Of a stretch of DNA of 64,000 bases, positions 1-9,326 are shown piece by piece. Origin of the DNA: Methanotrichaceae archaeon. GTDB taxonomy: Archaea; Halobacteriota; Methanosarcinia; Methanotrichales; Methanotrichaceae. The notes beneath the pieces are model-generated. The model worked only from the letters and a program-made list of their open reading frames with translations, had not been told where the DNA came from and ran no database searches. Within the stretch, counting starts at the first letter, position 1; every line of letters begins with the position of its first letter. Made by a program: the position numbers and the translations under genes. The DNA lies in the NCBI GenBank assembly GCA_963803145.1, contig CAWDLW010000030.1, positions 1-64,000 of the forward strand. Direction: 5' to 3'.

Positions 1-155
1 TCATGAAAGAGCATGCTATTCCAATTATAGTTACATTAATTGAAGAAGATATAAAATTCTACGAGGAAATCCCTATAATCCCCATTTTTAAACTCAATTC
101 ATTCATTGGCGAGGTAGATAAAGGTGTAGATAATACTTCTACGGTCGATGAGTGA
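1..155 (+). CDS. 3' end of a gene running in from the left, possibly a nuclease-fold (NERD/Mrr-like) protein
   Basis: Open frame ...MKEHAIPIIVTLIEEDIKFYEEIPIIPIFKLNSFIGEVDKGVDNTSTVDE* with TGA at 153-155. The family guess rests only on a recalled C-terminal pattern. Confidence 0.45.
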   Translation, partial: MKEHAIPIIVTLIEEDIKFYEEIPIIPIFKLNSFIGEVDKGVDNTSTVDE

Positions 156-242
156 AGGGATATTACTTGAAAGATTACTTGAAGAATGATTGTATAGGAA
201 AGCAGCAGAAAGCCTGGATTTATCTCACTGGGGAGTACAGAA

Positions 243-331
243 GGGCGAAAGACCCCGGCCTTTAGGACTTTCGGAGTGCGCTCCGAAAAAGTCCTGATGT
301 TTCAGTCCGGACACTGGGGATGCAGAGCCCC
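243..331. mobile_element. IS200/IS605-type terminal palindrome carrying an internal ~50 bp hairpin insert
   Basis: GGGCGAAAGACCCCGGCCTTTAGG...GGGGATGCAGAGCCC resembles IS605-group subterminal hairpins. It is interrupted by the stem AGGACTT-TCGGAG-TGCG-CTCCGA-AA-AAGTCCT. No tnpA/tnpB is adjacent. Confidence 0.55.
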
Positions 332-389
332 TCGCTAATTGCTTTCATTCCGCTTGAATTAACAAAGTTCGTCAATCCTTCTATGTTAT

Positions 390-577
390 GTCAAAACTGC
401 GATGGAGGCTTCGAGTGCTACTTCGCAGATCGCTTCTGTTATCAAGGCATCTGGTTGCCAAAGGGTTGGTCCTGTGCGTAAAACCGAGAACGTTGAGTGA
501 CTTACGATACTCGCAATACCGGCCCGGTTCAGGGGGTATTTTCACCTGAACATGAAGATTTATCCTGTATAAATCCT
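390..577. ncRNA. candidate structured RNA (run of consecutive hairpins)
   Basis: Stems CTGCGA/TCGCAG, GGCA/TGCC, CGAG..CGT/ACG..CTCG, ACCGG/CCGGT, GTTCAGG/CCTGAAC and GATTTAT/ATAAATC lie in series next to the IS605-like end. No convincing ORF. Confidence 0.35.
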
Positions 578-609
578 TTAATCCAAACCAATATGTTAAT
601 GTTGTTTAA

Positions 610-1935
610 CTATCTGCCCGCATTAAATTTTAATTCAATATCCTCAATAGTATGAACGAAGGCCAATAATTGCTCTTGATATGCATATCTAAATGTATCA
701 CACCTATCTTTATGGAGATAATGGCTTTTTGCACGATAGGTGCAACCGCCCATGCAAATCGGTAGAGCTATGCAATTGCAGCATTCTTCATCTTCAAATG
801 GGCTATAATTTAGCCATTTTTGAGCCAAACTATTTAGGTTGCGGTAATCTTGGATATTTCCGACTGCCTCTGAAATATTACCTGTCGACTCCCAACATTT
901 GTAGAGATTTCCATCAGAGCCTACGACAAAATCATTCAATCGCATGGCCATGCAATGTGTTCCCAATGGGGCAATACTAAATGGTGAAGAGAATCCATAT
1001 TCTCTTGCCATTTCAACGAATTTATACTGGAGAATGGCAAACTCTTCTGCTGCCAAGCAACAATGCATATAATGGGCAGACGATAGTGCAATATTTTCAT
1101 CGCTTTTTTGGATTCTTCCCGGATAAACGCTTAGTTTGCCCGCAAATCCTTCATCAGCTAATATTTGTAATAGCTCCTCTACACGGTGGAAGTTATCTCC
1201 ATTCAAGCTTATCCGAATTGTAATATCAAAATATTTAATCGCATGGTGTAAGTTCTCTATTATCTTCCAGAATGTACCATTGCCGTTAGCAAGTGGCCGC
1301 ATTTTATCGTGAATATCTGGAGGACCGTCTAAGGTGATTTGCATTGCAGTTATTTTGCTATTATGTAAATCCACACAAGTGCGCGCATCAAGTAAGTATC
1401 CATTAGAAACAATGCTGGCCTGATATTTGATATTTGCCTTGTTACAGCGCTCAATGAATTCTTTAGATAAGTTTAATAATTGAGTTTTACCTATTAAAGG
1501 TTCTCCTCCAAACCATGTTACATGGAATAAGGATATTTGCGGCAAGTAATCATCTAACATCTTTAGGAGCCAATATTGTACATCTCTGCTAATGATAGAG
1601 GGACATTTTTTCTCAAAACAATAGGAGCAATTGAAATTACAGCCTAAGCTAGTTACTACTGTTAATGCTAAATGTGATGTGTCTTGACAGTCAGAATCAT
1701 ATCTAGATTTAAGCAATTCGAGTTCATCACAATCATTCGAAACAAGCATACGGCCTTTCGCCAGATCTAAAAGAAGCTTTGGATCACAATTGGGATCTGA
1801 ATAGTCTAAATAGCGCTGAAGAGAATCACGGGCGTCTTTTGGTATGCGCAGAAGAGCCCCACTAACTCCGCCAAAGATGTAAGCATGTGTATCACTATCC
1901 ACCCAAATATTATAACGTGATTCTCTCATATTCAT
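610..1935 (-). CDS. radical SAM/SPASM-domain peptide maturase
   Basis: CNFNCSYC (CxxxCxxC), WFGGEPL, and SPASM motifs C...GNLYKC...CxxCxxxxxCxxxC...C. The N-terminal SRYN start and RRE-like region are typical of RiPP maturases. Confidence 0.9.
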   Translation of the reverse strand: MNMRESRYNIWVDSDTHAYIFGGVSGALLRIPKDARDSLQRYLDYSDPNCDPKLLLDLAKGRMLVSNDCDELELLKSRYDSDCQDTSHLALTVVTSLGCNFNCSYCFEKKCPSIISRDVQYWLLKMLDDYLPQISLFHVTWFGGEPLIGKTQLLNLSKEFIERCNKANIKYQASIVSNGYLLDARTCVDLHNSKITAMQITLDGPPDIHDKMRPLANGNGTFWKIIENLHHAIKYFDITIRISLNGDNFHRVEELLQILADEGFAGKLSVYPGRIQKSDENIALSSAHYMHCCLAAEEFAILQYKFVEMAREYGFSSPFSIAPLGTHCMAMRLNDFVVGSDGNLYKCWESTGNISEAVGNIQDYRNLNSLAQKWLNYSPFEDEECCNCIALPICMGGCTYRAKSHYLHKDRCDTFRYAYQEQLLAFVHTIEDIELKFNAGR

Positions 1936-1943
1936 ATTTTTAT

Positions 1944-2168
1944 TTAGATTCTAATTTCACATGAAATCTTCAGACGGCATGGCCCAAATGTAAATGGTTT
2001 GCATGATATTGCGGCTTTTGTATCATCAGTCTTCTGTATCTCCTTTATCAAGGTTTCAATGGCGGCTTCAAACGCAGGAGTTAGTTTTGCTCCCTCTCCC
2101 ACATCTATCTTCATTTTTACTTCGCCTGGAGCCGCAGGCTCTATAAGCCATTTATGTTCTTCTGACAT
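1944..2168 (-). CDS. putative RiPP precursor peptide (74 aa; leader plus C-terminal core with 3 Cys)
   Basis: MSEEHKWLIEP...SCKPFTFGPCRLKISCEIRI. A GGAGG RBS precedes the ATG at 2168, and the stop lies 8 nt before the maturase start. Confidence 0.75.
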   Translation of the reverse strand: MSEEHKWLIEPAAPGEVKMKIDVGEGAKLTPAFEAAIETLIKEIQKTDDTKAAISCKPFTFGPCRLKISCEIRI

Positions 2169-2475
2169 ACGATTCCTCCACAATTTATTCCACGTGTGCC
2201 CTTTCTTACTATTAAATGTATTGGTTCAGAAATCCTTAAACTACAAAAATTATGTATTATAAATTTGTTGACATAGTGATTTCGAATCAAGGTAATGAGC
2301 CACCGTTTTAAAGTTCAGGTTTCTCCCATAAACTACAACGTTTTATTGGATCCAGTTAAACAGATTTGAGCTACAACATTTCCCTTGCTTGTCCCTATAA
2401 TATTTGAGGCTAGTATTTGAAGTGCCTTTTGCATTAATTCAATATGGTCAGCGCACAAAATTTTTATATTAGGGC

Positions 2476-2760
2476 ATGATGATTTCAGTACTAATGAGTG
2501 ATGATATGGTTACCGATATAAACGATGGGGTAGAAATATGCGCTTCGTGTAATGGCTCTGGATCTCGGATTTCGCACGACGAGGGTGTTTCTCAAAAGTG
2601 CATAGCTTGCGATGGAAAGGGCAGAGTCTTGGTTAATCAACCGTCGAGAAAATGCCCCGAATGTAATGGTACTGGGTGGATACGCATAGGTTCAGCAGGT
2701 CCCCTAATGCCATGCCCTAATTGCAAAGGAACGGGTTGGCCACGACCTATAATCATATAA
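2476..2760 (+). CDS. stand-alone DnaJ-type zinc-finger protein
   Basis: Four CxxCxGxG repeats and no J domain. The true start may be a downstream ATG. Confidence 0.75.
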   Translation: MMISVLMSDDMVTDINDGVEICASCNGSGSRISHDEGVSQKCIACDGKGRVLVNQPSRKCPECNGTGWIRIGSAGPLMPCPNCKGTGWPRPIII

Positions 2761-3005
2761 TTAAGCTATTAACCTCTATCTAATGGTTGCAAGTTTGTCC
2801 ATGTACATCTTCATCAGCAGAAGCTCATTCGAATTTATTTCGAAGCGCTTCGGCCATGCCTTATTTTTAGATGTCGATTTCTATATACTAATCGGACCCT
2901 CGCCTAAAGAGTAAACGTTATGGAGAACAAAAAACAGATCCACATTTACTAGTTAGCATTTTGTGAAATTATCACTAAGAATCAGCATGCATTGGCGTGG
3001 TTCTA

Positions 3006-3061
3006 TGTGAAGGATGGGATTCGAACCCACGAACGTCTACACGACTGGACCCTGAATCCAG
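3006..3061 (-). pseudogene. 3' half of tRNA-Leu(CAG), a probable att-site remnant
   Basis: The reverse complement TGGATTCAGGGTCCA-GTCGTGTAGACGTTC-GTGGGTTCGAATCCCAT-CCTTCACA gives the anticodon arm (CAG), a long variable arm and the T arm. The D arm and 5' acceptor strand are absent. Confidence 0.8.
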
Positions 3062-3380
3062 ATTCGCTATGCTGCCATTGAAAAAGCCCATAAAAGTAGT
3101 AACATACTATAGAGAACCATATAAGGAATATGGTACTATCAGAAGGGCTGGCATACAGACCGTTGAAATGCTCGAAGTCTTACGTGCACTGATTCATTAA
3201 GCGCATATGGAAGTACATATAAGACAATTGCAGGAAGGCTAAAAGAATTCATGCATCTTCTTAACCACGGCCAAAAGCTCCTTTCCCTTATCCATGGTCT
3301 TATCCTCCATCGGAGTTCGATACAGCATATATTAAGCATTAAGCTTGTCGAATTTCGTGCCCTGCGTCGACATAGAACGA
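3062..3380 (+). pseudogene. possible decayed int(C) fragment of an SSV1/pTN3-type tyrosine integrase
   Basis: The frame reads through the antisense tRNA (CEGWDSNPRTSTRLDPES) into YYREPYKEY. A later frame gives ALSLSNFVPCVD, which recalls an ALxNLSKFLGCYD-like segment. The region is broken by stops and frameshifts. Confidence 0.3.
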
Positions 3381-3613
3381 TACGATTTCGATAGAATATC
3401 TGTCGGTGACAGTTGACCCAAAGAGTTTCGTCGCCGTTTGATTGGTGAGTTTGTCGTTATATATTATATACTAAATCTAATAGGGCAGTGATGCAATACG
3501 ATATAACCTGTGCTTATCATCCTCCTAGTGCGTAGTTCACTTATTAATAAGAAAAATGCAAAGACTTATAGTACTTTAGTTCGGCCAACCGTTATTTACT
3601 CTACTGTTTGCAG

Positions 3614-3818
3614 TACATCATCCTCTCAATCACTACATCTCCTCTAGCGGTTAATCAGCTTGCTATTATGTATAGTGGTGTTCACAATTAGTACCGCCTT
3701 GATTGTAACACCATTCGCGAACGCCTTGGGCATAAAATAGTACCTAAATTCAAATCAGTTCTACATCACCCTTGCAATCGCTATATTTTCTCTAGCGATT
3801 AATCAGCTTGCTATAATG
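3614..3818. repeat. 57-bp imperfect direct repeat, 2 copies (3614-3670, 3762-3818)
   Basis: TACATCAtCCTctCAATCaCTAcATcTcCTCTAGCGgTTAATCAGCTTGCTATtATG; 48/57 identical by manual alignment. Confidence 0.85.
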
Positions 3819-3997
3819 CTCTCTCCCTTTTTCCCGATATGATATTATAATAATATTTAATTCTAAAATTCTAATGTTATTAGGTATGTTCTAGATAATA
3901 GTATATGAATGGGATAAACAGATCGGATTAATTTTTCCCATAGTGTTGAAAATGTACTGTACGTTAGCCGTATTAACCTGTAAATACTAAGCGAAAT

Positions 3998-6634
3998 ATG
4001 ATTTCGGAAGATATCATGCCCAGGCTCTCTCCTCTAATGGATCAATATTATAAAATTAAGGATCAATACAAGGATGCTCTTCTTCTATTCAGAATAGGCG
4101 ATTTCTACGAAACCTTTGGAGAAGATGCGGTAACAGTCTCCAGTGACTTGAATATCACATTGACCTCCCGGCAGAAGGACGACCAGGGAAATAAAATCCC
4201 TCTTGCGGGGGTCCCGCACCATGCTTTAGATACATATCTTGCCAGGCTAGTAAAATTAGGGCACAAGGTTGCGATATGCGATCAGGTCGAGGATCCAAAG
4301 TTCGCTAAAGGCCTTGTCAAACGCGAGATTACGCGAGTAGTCACTCCTGGAACTGTAATTGAGCCCTCGATGCTTGAAGAGTCATCGAATAACTTTCTTG
4401 CAGCTATCCTGCAGGATGATGATAAAGCAGGCTTGGCGTTCGTTGATATATCTACCGGAGAATTTCTAACATCAGAGGTGCCATCGGAAAGAATAGGGCA
4501 TGAGATCGCCAAATTTAGGCCATCGGAATGTATAGCTTCCGCGGAGCAATCTTTGGATTGCAGCAGAGTTCAGCCATTGAATAAGGAGTCCCTCTCATCT
4601 GAAAAAGCCTGCACAATGCTTGAAGACAAGTTTGGCCCTGGATGGATGGAACGGTTTAGGCTGACTGGAAAGGATCTGTCCATCAGGGCATGTGGAGCTG
4701 TTCTTGAATACCTCCACAAGTCACATTTCGATACGCTTGGCCACTTAAACGAGATTCGATTTTATTCTGGCTCGGACTTCATGGTCTTAGATGAGGTGAC
4801 GCTGAGGAACCTTGAGATTTTGAGGAACATCCGGGACAGATCCAAGAGGGGTACGCTCCTTGAGTTTCTCAGCAAGACGAAGACGCCCATGGGTGCACGC
4901 ACCCTTGTCCGCTGGGTCCAGATGCCGCTGTTGTCTCTCGATAAAATAAAAGGGCGACTGGATGCAGTAGAGGAGCTGGCCGAAAATGCTATTCTGCGAA
5001 GTACTCTTGTTGAGGAGCTGAAGGGAACCGCCGATATTGAGCGGCTTATTGGCAGGGTATCCTGTGGTGCTGCAACCCCCAAGGACCTTGTGATACTAAA
5101 GGGCTCTCTGCAGAAGCTTCCTGCAATTCTCAATGCTCTTCCGAACGTGAAATCAAAGGATTTAGAAGACCTGCGGAGCAGGCTTAGTCCACTGGATGAG
5201 ATAGTAGCAATTATAGAAAAATCGATCTCCGATGATCCTCCTGCGAACCTTCGCGACGGCAGTGCTATCAGAGACGGCTTTGATGATGAGCTTGATTCCA
5301 TCAGGTCGCTGCTTAGAGACGGGAAAGGCTGGATATCGCGCCTTGAGAACACTGAGCGGAAAAGAGTGGGAATAAAATCCCTGAAGGTTGGATATACAGG
5401 CGTATTCGGATATTATATCGAGGTCTCAAGGGCAAATCTGCATCTTGTGCCTGATAATTATCTGCGCAAACAAACTCTGGCGAACTGCGAGCGTTTCATT
5501 ACTCCTGAGCTCAAGGAGATGGAGGCCAAGGTGATCTCGGCCCAAGAAAAGTCTTCGGCACTTGAACATGAGATCTTCCACAGGGTAACATCCCAGATAG
5601 CAGATTATGCAAAGGAGATCCAAAAAAGGGCGTCGGCATTGGGCGAGATGGATGTCCTCTGTGGCTTTGCCGAAGTTGCGTGTGGAAGCTCTTTCGTCAG
5701 GCCTGAGTTCAATACCGATGGCAGAATCTCCCTTCGTGCCTCGAAGCATCCAGTCCTTGACGAGTCTATGCACGGCAGATTTGTGCCGAACGATGTCAGC
5801 CTTGACAGCGATAAAAACAGGCTCATTATATTGACCGGCCCAAACATGGCTGGAAAATCTACGTTCATGCGTCAGATCGCAATAGTAGTCATCCTCGCCC
5901 AGGTAGGATCGTTCGTGCCTGCAACGTTCGCCTCCATATGCCTTGTCGATAGAATCTTCACCCGCGTGGGAGCATATGATGATCTCTCCGCCGGCCAGAG
6001 CACATTCATGGTTGAGATGACGGAGCTGTCGAATATTCTCAGCGCTGCCACGAAAGATAGCCTGATTCTTCTGGATGAGGTCGGCAGAGGTACGAGCACC
6101 TTCGATGGCTTAAGCCTTGCCTGGGCGATCTCCGAGTATATTCATAACACTATCAAGGCCAAGGCGGTTTTCGCTACCCATTATCATCAGCTCACACAGC
6201 TCGAGGAGACCTTGTCTGGAGTGAAGAACTACAGCGTGGCGGTGAAGGAGGACCGAGGCTCAATAACGTTCATCAGGACAGTGGTTCCGGGTGCTACCGA
6301 TAAGAGCTACGGCGTGCACGTCGCCCGCCTTGCAGGAATGCCCGAGGCTGTGACCAAAAGGGCTGATGAGATTCTCAAGGAGATTGAGAGGGAGGCGGTG
6401 ATAGATCCTCTGTCTGGCTCGAAGAAAGGCAAAAGGTCGAAATCGAAGTACACCCAGCTGATCTTCTTTGATCAGCCGGGTGGAGAGCCGGAGCTGCAGG
6501 AAAAGCAGATGCAAAGCAATCCGGTTGCGGAGGAGATCATTGGCCTGGATCTTGATTCGATGACTCCACGCGAGGCGCTCAATAGGCTGGCGGAGTACCA
6601 GAAGATGTTGAGGGATAGAGATGCCGGTGCATAA
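3998..6634 (+). CDS. mutS: DNA mismatch repair protein MutS (MutS1)
   Basis: SPLMDQY, GDFYETF mismatch-binding motif, TGPNMAGKST, DEVGRGTST, FATHYH, SYGVHVA and the TPREAL tail. The start may be ATG 4016. Confidence 0.98.
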   Translation: MISEDIMPRLSPLMDQYYKIKDQYKDALLLFRIGDFYETFGEDAVTVSSDLNITLTSRQKDDQGNKIPLAGVPHHALDTYLARLVKLGHKVAICDQVEDPKFAKGLVKREITRVVTPGTVIEPSMLEESSNNFLAAILQDDDKAGLAFVDISTGEFLTSEVPSERIGHEIAKFRPSECIASAEQSLDCSRVQPLNKESLSSEKACTMLEDKFGPGWMERFRLTGKDLSIRACGAVLEYLHKSHFDTLGHLNEIRFYSGSDFMVLDEVTLRNLEILRNIRDRSKRGTLLEFLSKTKTPMGARTLVRWVQMPLLSLDKIKGRLDAVEELAENAILRSTLVEELKGTADIERLIGRVSCGAATPKDLVILKGSLQKLPAILNALPNVKSKDLEDLRSRLSPLDEIVAIIEKSISDDPPANLRDGSAIRDGFDDELDSIRSLLRDGKGWISRLENTERKRVGIKSLKVGYTGVFGYYIEVSRANLHLVPDNYLRKQTLANCERFITPELKEMEAKVISAQEKSSALEHEIFHRVTSQIADYAKEIQKRASALGEMDVLCGFAEVACGSSFVRPEFNTDGRISLRASKHPVLDESMHGRFVPNDVSLDSDKNRLIILTGPNMAGKSTFMRQIAIVVILAQVGSFVPATFASICLVDRIFTRVGAYDDLSAGQSTFMVEMTELSNILSAATKDSLILLDEVGRGTSTFDGLSLAWAISEYIHNTIKAKAVFATHYHQLTQLEETLSGVKNYSVAVKEDRGSITFIRTVVPGATDKSYGVHVARLAGMPEAVTKRADEILKEIEREAVIDPLSGSKKGKRSKSKYTQLIFFDQPGGEPELQEKQMQSNPVAEEIIGLDLDSMTPREALNRLAEYQKMLRDRDAGA

Positions 6635-6873
6635 GTCTAGACCCCTGCGCCTCATTGAAGGGAAATAGGATCTGAAATCTGAAATTTATCGGCAGTGGCT
6701 TATATAGTCTGCAAAATAGGCCCAAGTGCCCTTCTGGCAAAGCTCTTATCCATAGATAAATAAGCACAGATCGGCCATGTTGCAGATCTATTCTTTTACC
6801 GATATCGAAAAAAGAGGGAATGGCTGCAGGTTATTGCACTATATGCACTAAGCCAAGCTTTTGCGCGTTCGTT

Positions 6874-7167
6874 TCAAAGAGCCAAATATTTGACGAACAG
6901 TTCTGGCACTTTTTCCAGAGGCATGGTTGGATGAACCTTTATATGGAAAAATTCTATATTGATTCCCAGTAGTTCCGTTACCTCTTCGGCGCTATTCACA
7001 TTTAGTATCAAAAAGCCGCCACGCTTGTCCGAAAAGAAGCCGCTGGAAATTACTTTTCCCGACTCCATAATTTTTTTGAGTTGGGCTCCAAAACGCTCCC
7101 TTACTCTTTTTATATCTTCATCTCTTATGATAGTGTCGAAAACCTCTAGTTCTACAAAAAGCTCCAT
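6874..7167 (-). CDS. small muconolactone-isomerase/DUF3303/YCII-like protein
   Basis: 97 aa with the pattern ESGKVISSGFFSDKRGGFLILNVNSAEE...VHP. Confidence 0.6.
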   Translation of the reverse strand: MELFVELEVFDTIIRDEDIKRVRERFGAQLKKIMESGKVISSGFFSDKRGGFLILNVNSAEEVTELLGINIEFFHIKVHPTMPLEKVPELFVKYLAL

Positions 7168-7588
7168 AAATTCATCTCCTATCTAAAATATTCTGTGACG
7201 AAAATATTTAAATGTTTTCTAATCGCGATGGAAGTCAAAATATTGCTGTCTTGATGATATCCAATCCTATCTCTAATCGTAAAAAGTGTATGGATGTACA
7301 GCATATTTATAAAATGCTCTCCGATCTTGAACGCTGAAGCAAGTGTACAAGAGTTGCGCAAGTCGTACTTACCTCCTCAAAGTTTGGCACTGTTTGATGA
7401 GGAACCTGCCAATCGATTTCTTCTAAAGCACCGTCCGTTACAACTTTGATTTCTCCGATATCTTGCATTCATTTAAGCAGTTATTCAACACAGCGCTTGA
7501 GCTTTGAGCAAAAGATTTATGCGTAATAAATTTGAGTCATCGAAGTCTAAACATAAGTATTGACTAATAAAATCCAAAAGGTTGCGGA

Positions 7589-8815
7589 ATGACAGAGAGT
7601 TTGGGGAATCGATCCTTCTTTTGGATAGGTCTAATCATCCTGCTACTTCTATTAGCCGGGCTAGTCCAGGCCCAATTAGCGATAAATAAGGATACAGTAG
7701 ACTATTCGGGGCTGAATAGCTCTGCGAAGCAGGTGGAATATATCTCAACCGGTAATCAGGAAGCTCTGTCTTCCACTCATGGCTCCGCCACCAACTCGAT
7801 AAACATAAGCGAGTCATTGGAAGGCAGTCTTATGAGGCGTGTGTCTCCCCCAGTACAGAGTGATGTAGGATGGATTACAGGGTTTCCTGCTGATGGTTAT
7901 GGAGTCATTCTGCACACAATTGACGGTGGAAAAAATTGGACAAGACAAGGCTCTCCAAATACGATACCCAATGTTGAGCTAACTGATGTCCGTGCTATAG
8001 ACGCTTACAGTGCTTGGGCCGTTGGCGGAAATGACAATCATTATAGAGTAATTCTACGAACGGTGGATGGAGGCAAGACCTGGATCAGATGTGGCGCTCC
8101 AGGATCGGTCCCCGATTTCTCTTCGCAGGGAATTGGCGCTGTTGACAGCAAGATCGCTTGGGTTGTCGGAGGCAGTGGTACCATTATCCACACAGAGGAC
8201 GGTGGCAAGACTTGGGTCCAGCAAACAAGTAATACAAACGCTCCCTTATACAGGGTGGCAGTTGTGGATCGTTACAACGCATGGATTGTTGGAAATGTTG
8301 ACAATATCGGCACTATCGTTCTTAGGACAAACGATGGTGGTCTCACCTGGACGCGCCAAGGAAGTGCTTCAACTTTTAGGGCGGTGCCGCTGATCGAAGT
8401 CACTGCCGCCGACAACAAAACCGCTTGGGCAGTTGGACATAACACTACCATTTTTAAAACAACGGACGGAGGTGCATCATGGCAAATCCAGATGGACAGG
8501 GGCGATGGATATGACATGAATAGCGTATGTGCAATTGATAAATACAACGCATGGGCTGCCCGAGATTATGGCCTTGTTTACTGGACAAGCGACGGTGGCA
8601 AAACTTGGCACGAGCAAAATCCGAATGGAATCCACTTCTTCCTCTTGGGTGTGAGTGCAACGACCTTGAAGACGGCATGGGTCGTAGGGGCTTCCACAAG
8701 TGGTCAGGGGGGCATAATACTGCATACAACTAATCGTGGCGTCAGTTGGACGGAGCAATTTGCGCCCATCAACGTGTTTTTCGAGAGCGTATCTTTCGTG
8801 GGAGCGAGATCGTAA
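7589..8815 (+). CDS. secreted YCF48-like beta-propeller protein (BNR/Asp-box repeats)
   Basis: N-terminal hydrophobic signal and seven TxDGGxTW-type repeats, each near an AWxVG motif. Confidence 0.85.
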   Translation: MTESLGNRSFFWIGLIILLLLLAGLVQAQLAINKDTVDYSGLNSSAKQVEYISTGNQEALSSTHGSATNSINISESLEGSLMRRVSPPVQSDVGWITGFPADGYGVILHTIDGGKNWTRQGSPNTIPNVELTDVRAIDAYSAWAVGGNDNHYRVILRTVDGGKTWIRCGAPGSVPDFSSQGIGAVDSKIAWVVGGSGTIIHTEDGGKTWVQQTSNTNAPLYRVAVVDRYNAWIVGNVDNIGTIVLRTNDGGLTWTRQGSASTFRAVPLIEVTAADNKTAWAVGHNTTIFKTTDGGASWQIQMDRGDGYDMNSVCAIDKYNAWAARDYGLVYWTSDGGKTWHEQNPNGIHFFLLGVSATTLKTAWVVGASTSGQGGIILHTTNRGVSWTEQFAPINVFFESVSFVGARS

Positions 8816-8896
8816 AACGTAGATGGAGTCGAACGTTTACGTCGGTGGATCCGCAGATCTCTGCGGTCCATACTTCACTGACCAAGCTTACAGGAT

Positions 8897-9080
8897 CACC
8901 CAATTGATTTTCTTTGACCAGCCTGACGGAGGATCGAGCCCGCAAGAAAAGCAGATACGTAATGACCCAGTTGCAGAGGAGATCATCGGCTTGGATCTTG
9001 ATTCGATGACTCCACGCGAGGCGCTCAACAAGCTGGCTGAGTATCAAGGGATTCTGAGGGGAAGAGATGCTGACCCATAG
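8897..9080 (+). pseudogene. diverged copy of the last 184 bp of mutS
   Basis: TQLIFFDQP...VAEEIIGLDLDSMTPREALNKLAEYQ...RDADP* is colinear with 6451-6634 and includes a 37-bp identical block. Confidence 0.92.
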
Positions 9081-9173
9081 GATCAGATTGGCTTGCCACT
9101 CTTTAGTTCGGCCACATATCATAGAACTAATCCCAGCCATATTTTAAATACCAAGAACCCCTAGGTAATTTCT

Positions 9174-9326
9174 ATGTGTGAGGTTTTGGTGCGTGGAGAT
9201 CGAAGCCAGGGCCAACCCTATGAGTCTGACGCAGACGAAACCGATGAAGAGATCGTAGAAGGTCTGATGGAAATAACGGCCCTATCGCTCACAGATTCAT
9301 TGGCAGATGAACCCGACTATGAATGA
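9174..9326 (+). CDS. putative acidic antitoxin (50 aa, missing from the ORF track)
   Basis: MCEVLVRGDRSQGQPYESDADETDEEIVEGLMEITALSLTDSLADEPDYE*. Its end overlaps the toxin ATG at 9319. Confidence 0.65.
   Translation: MCEVLVRGDRSQGQPYESDADETDEEIVEGLMEITALSLTDSLADEPDYE

Noticed and set aside
383-481. 32-aa Cys-rich ORF MLCQNCDGGFECYFADRFCYQGIWLPKGWSCA as a second RiPP precursor
   Set aside because: It is on the opposite strand to the maturase, has no RBS or leader, and lies in sequence better explained as RNA structure. Not fully excluded.
3614-3818. mini-CRISPR
   Set aside because: Only two units, too long (57 bp) with a 91-bp gap, and no cas genes.
8823-9080. 85-aa ORF as an independent gene
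   Set aside because: Its last 60 codons are the duplicated mutS tail with an incidental upstream ATG, so it is treated as a fragment.
3574-9114. Shared 14-mer CTTTAGTTCGGCCA at ~3574 and ~9101
   Set aside because: A few 14-bp matches are expected by chance in 64 kb, and the match does not extend.
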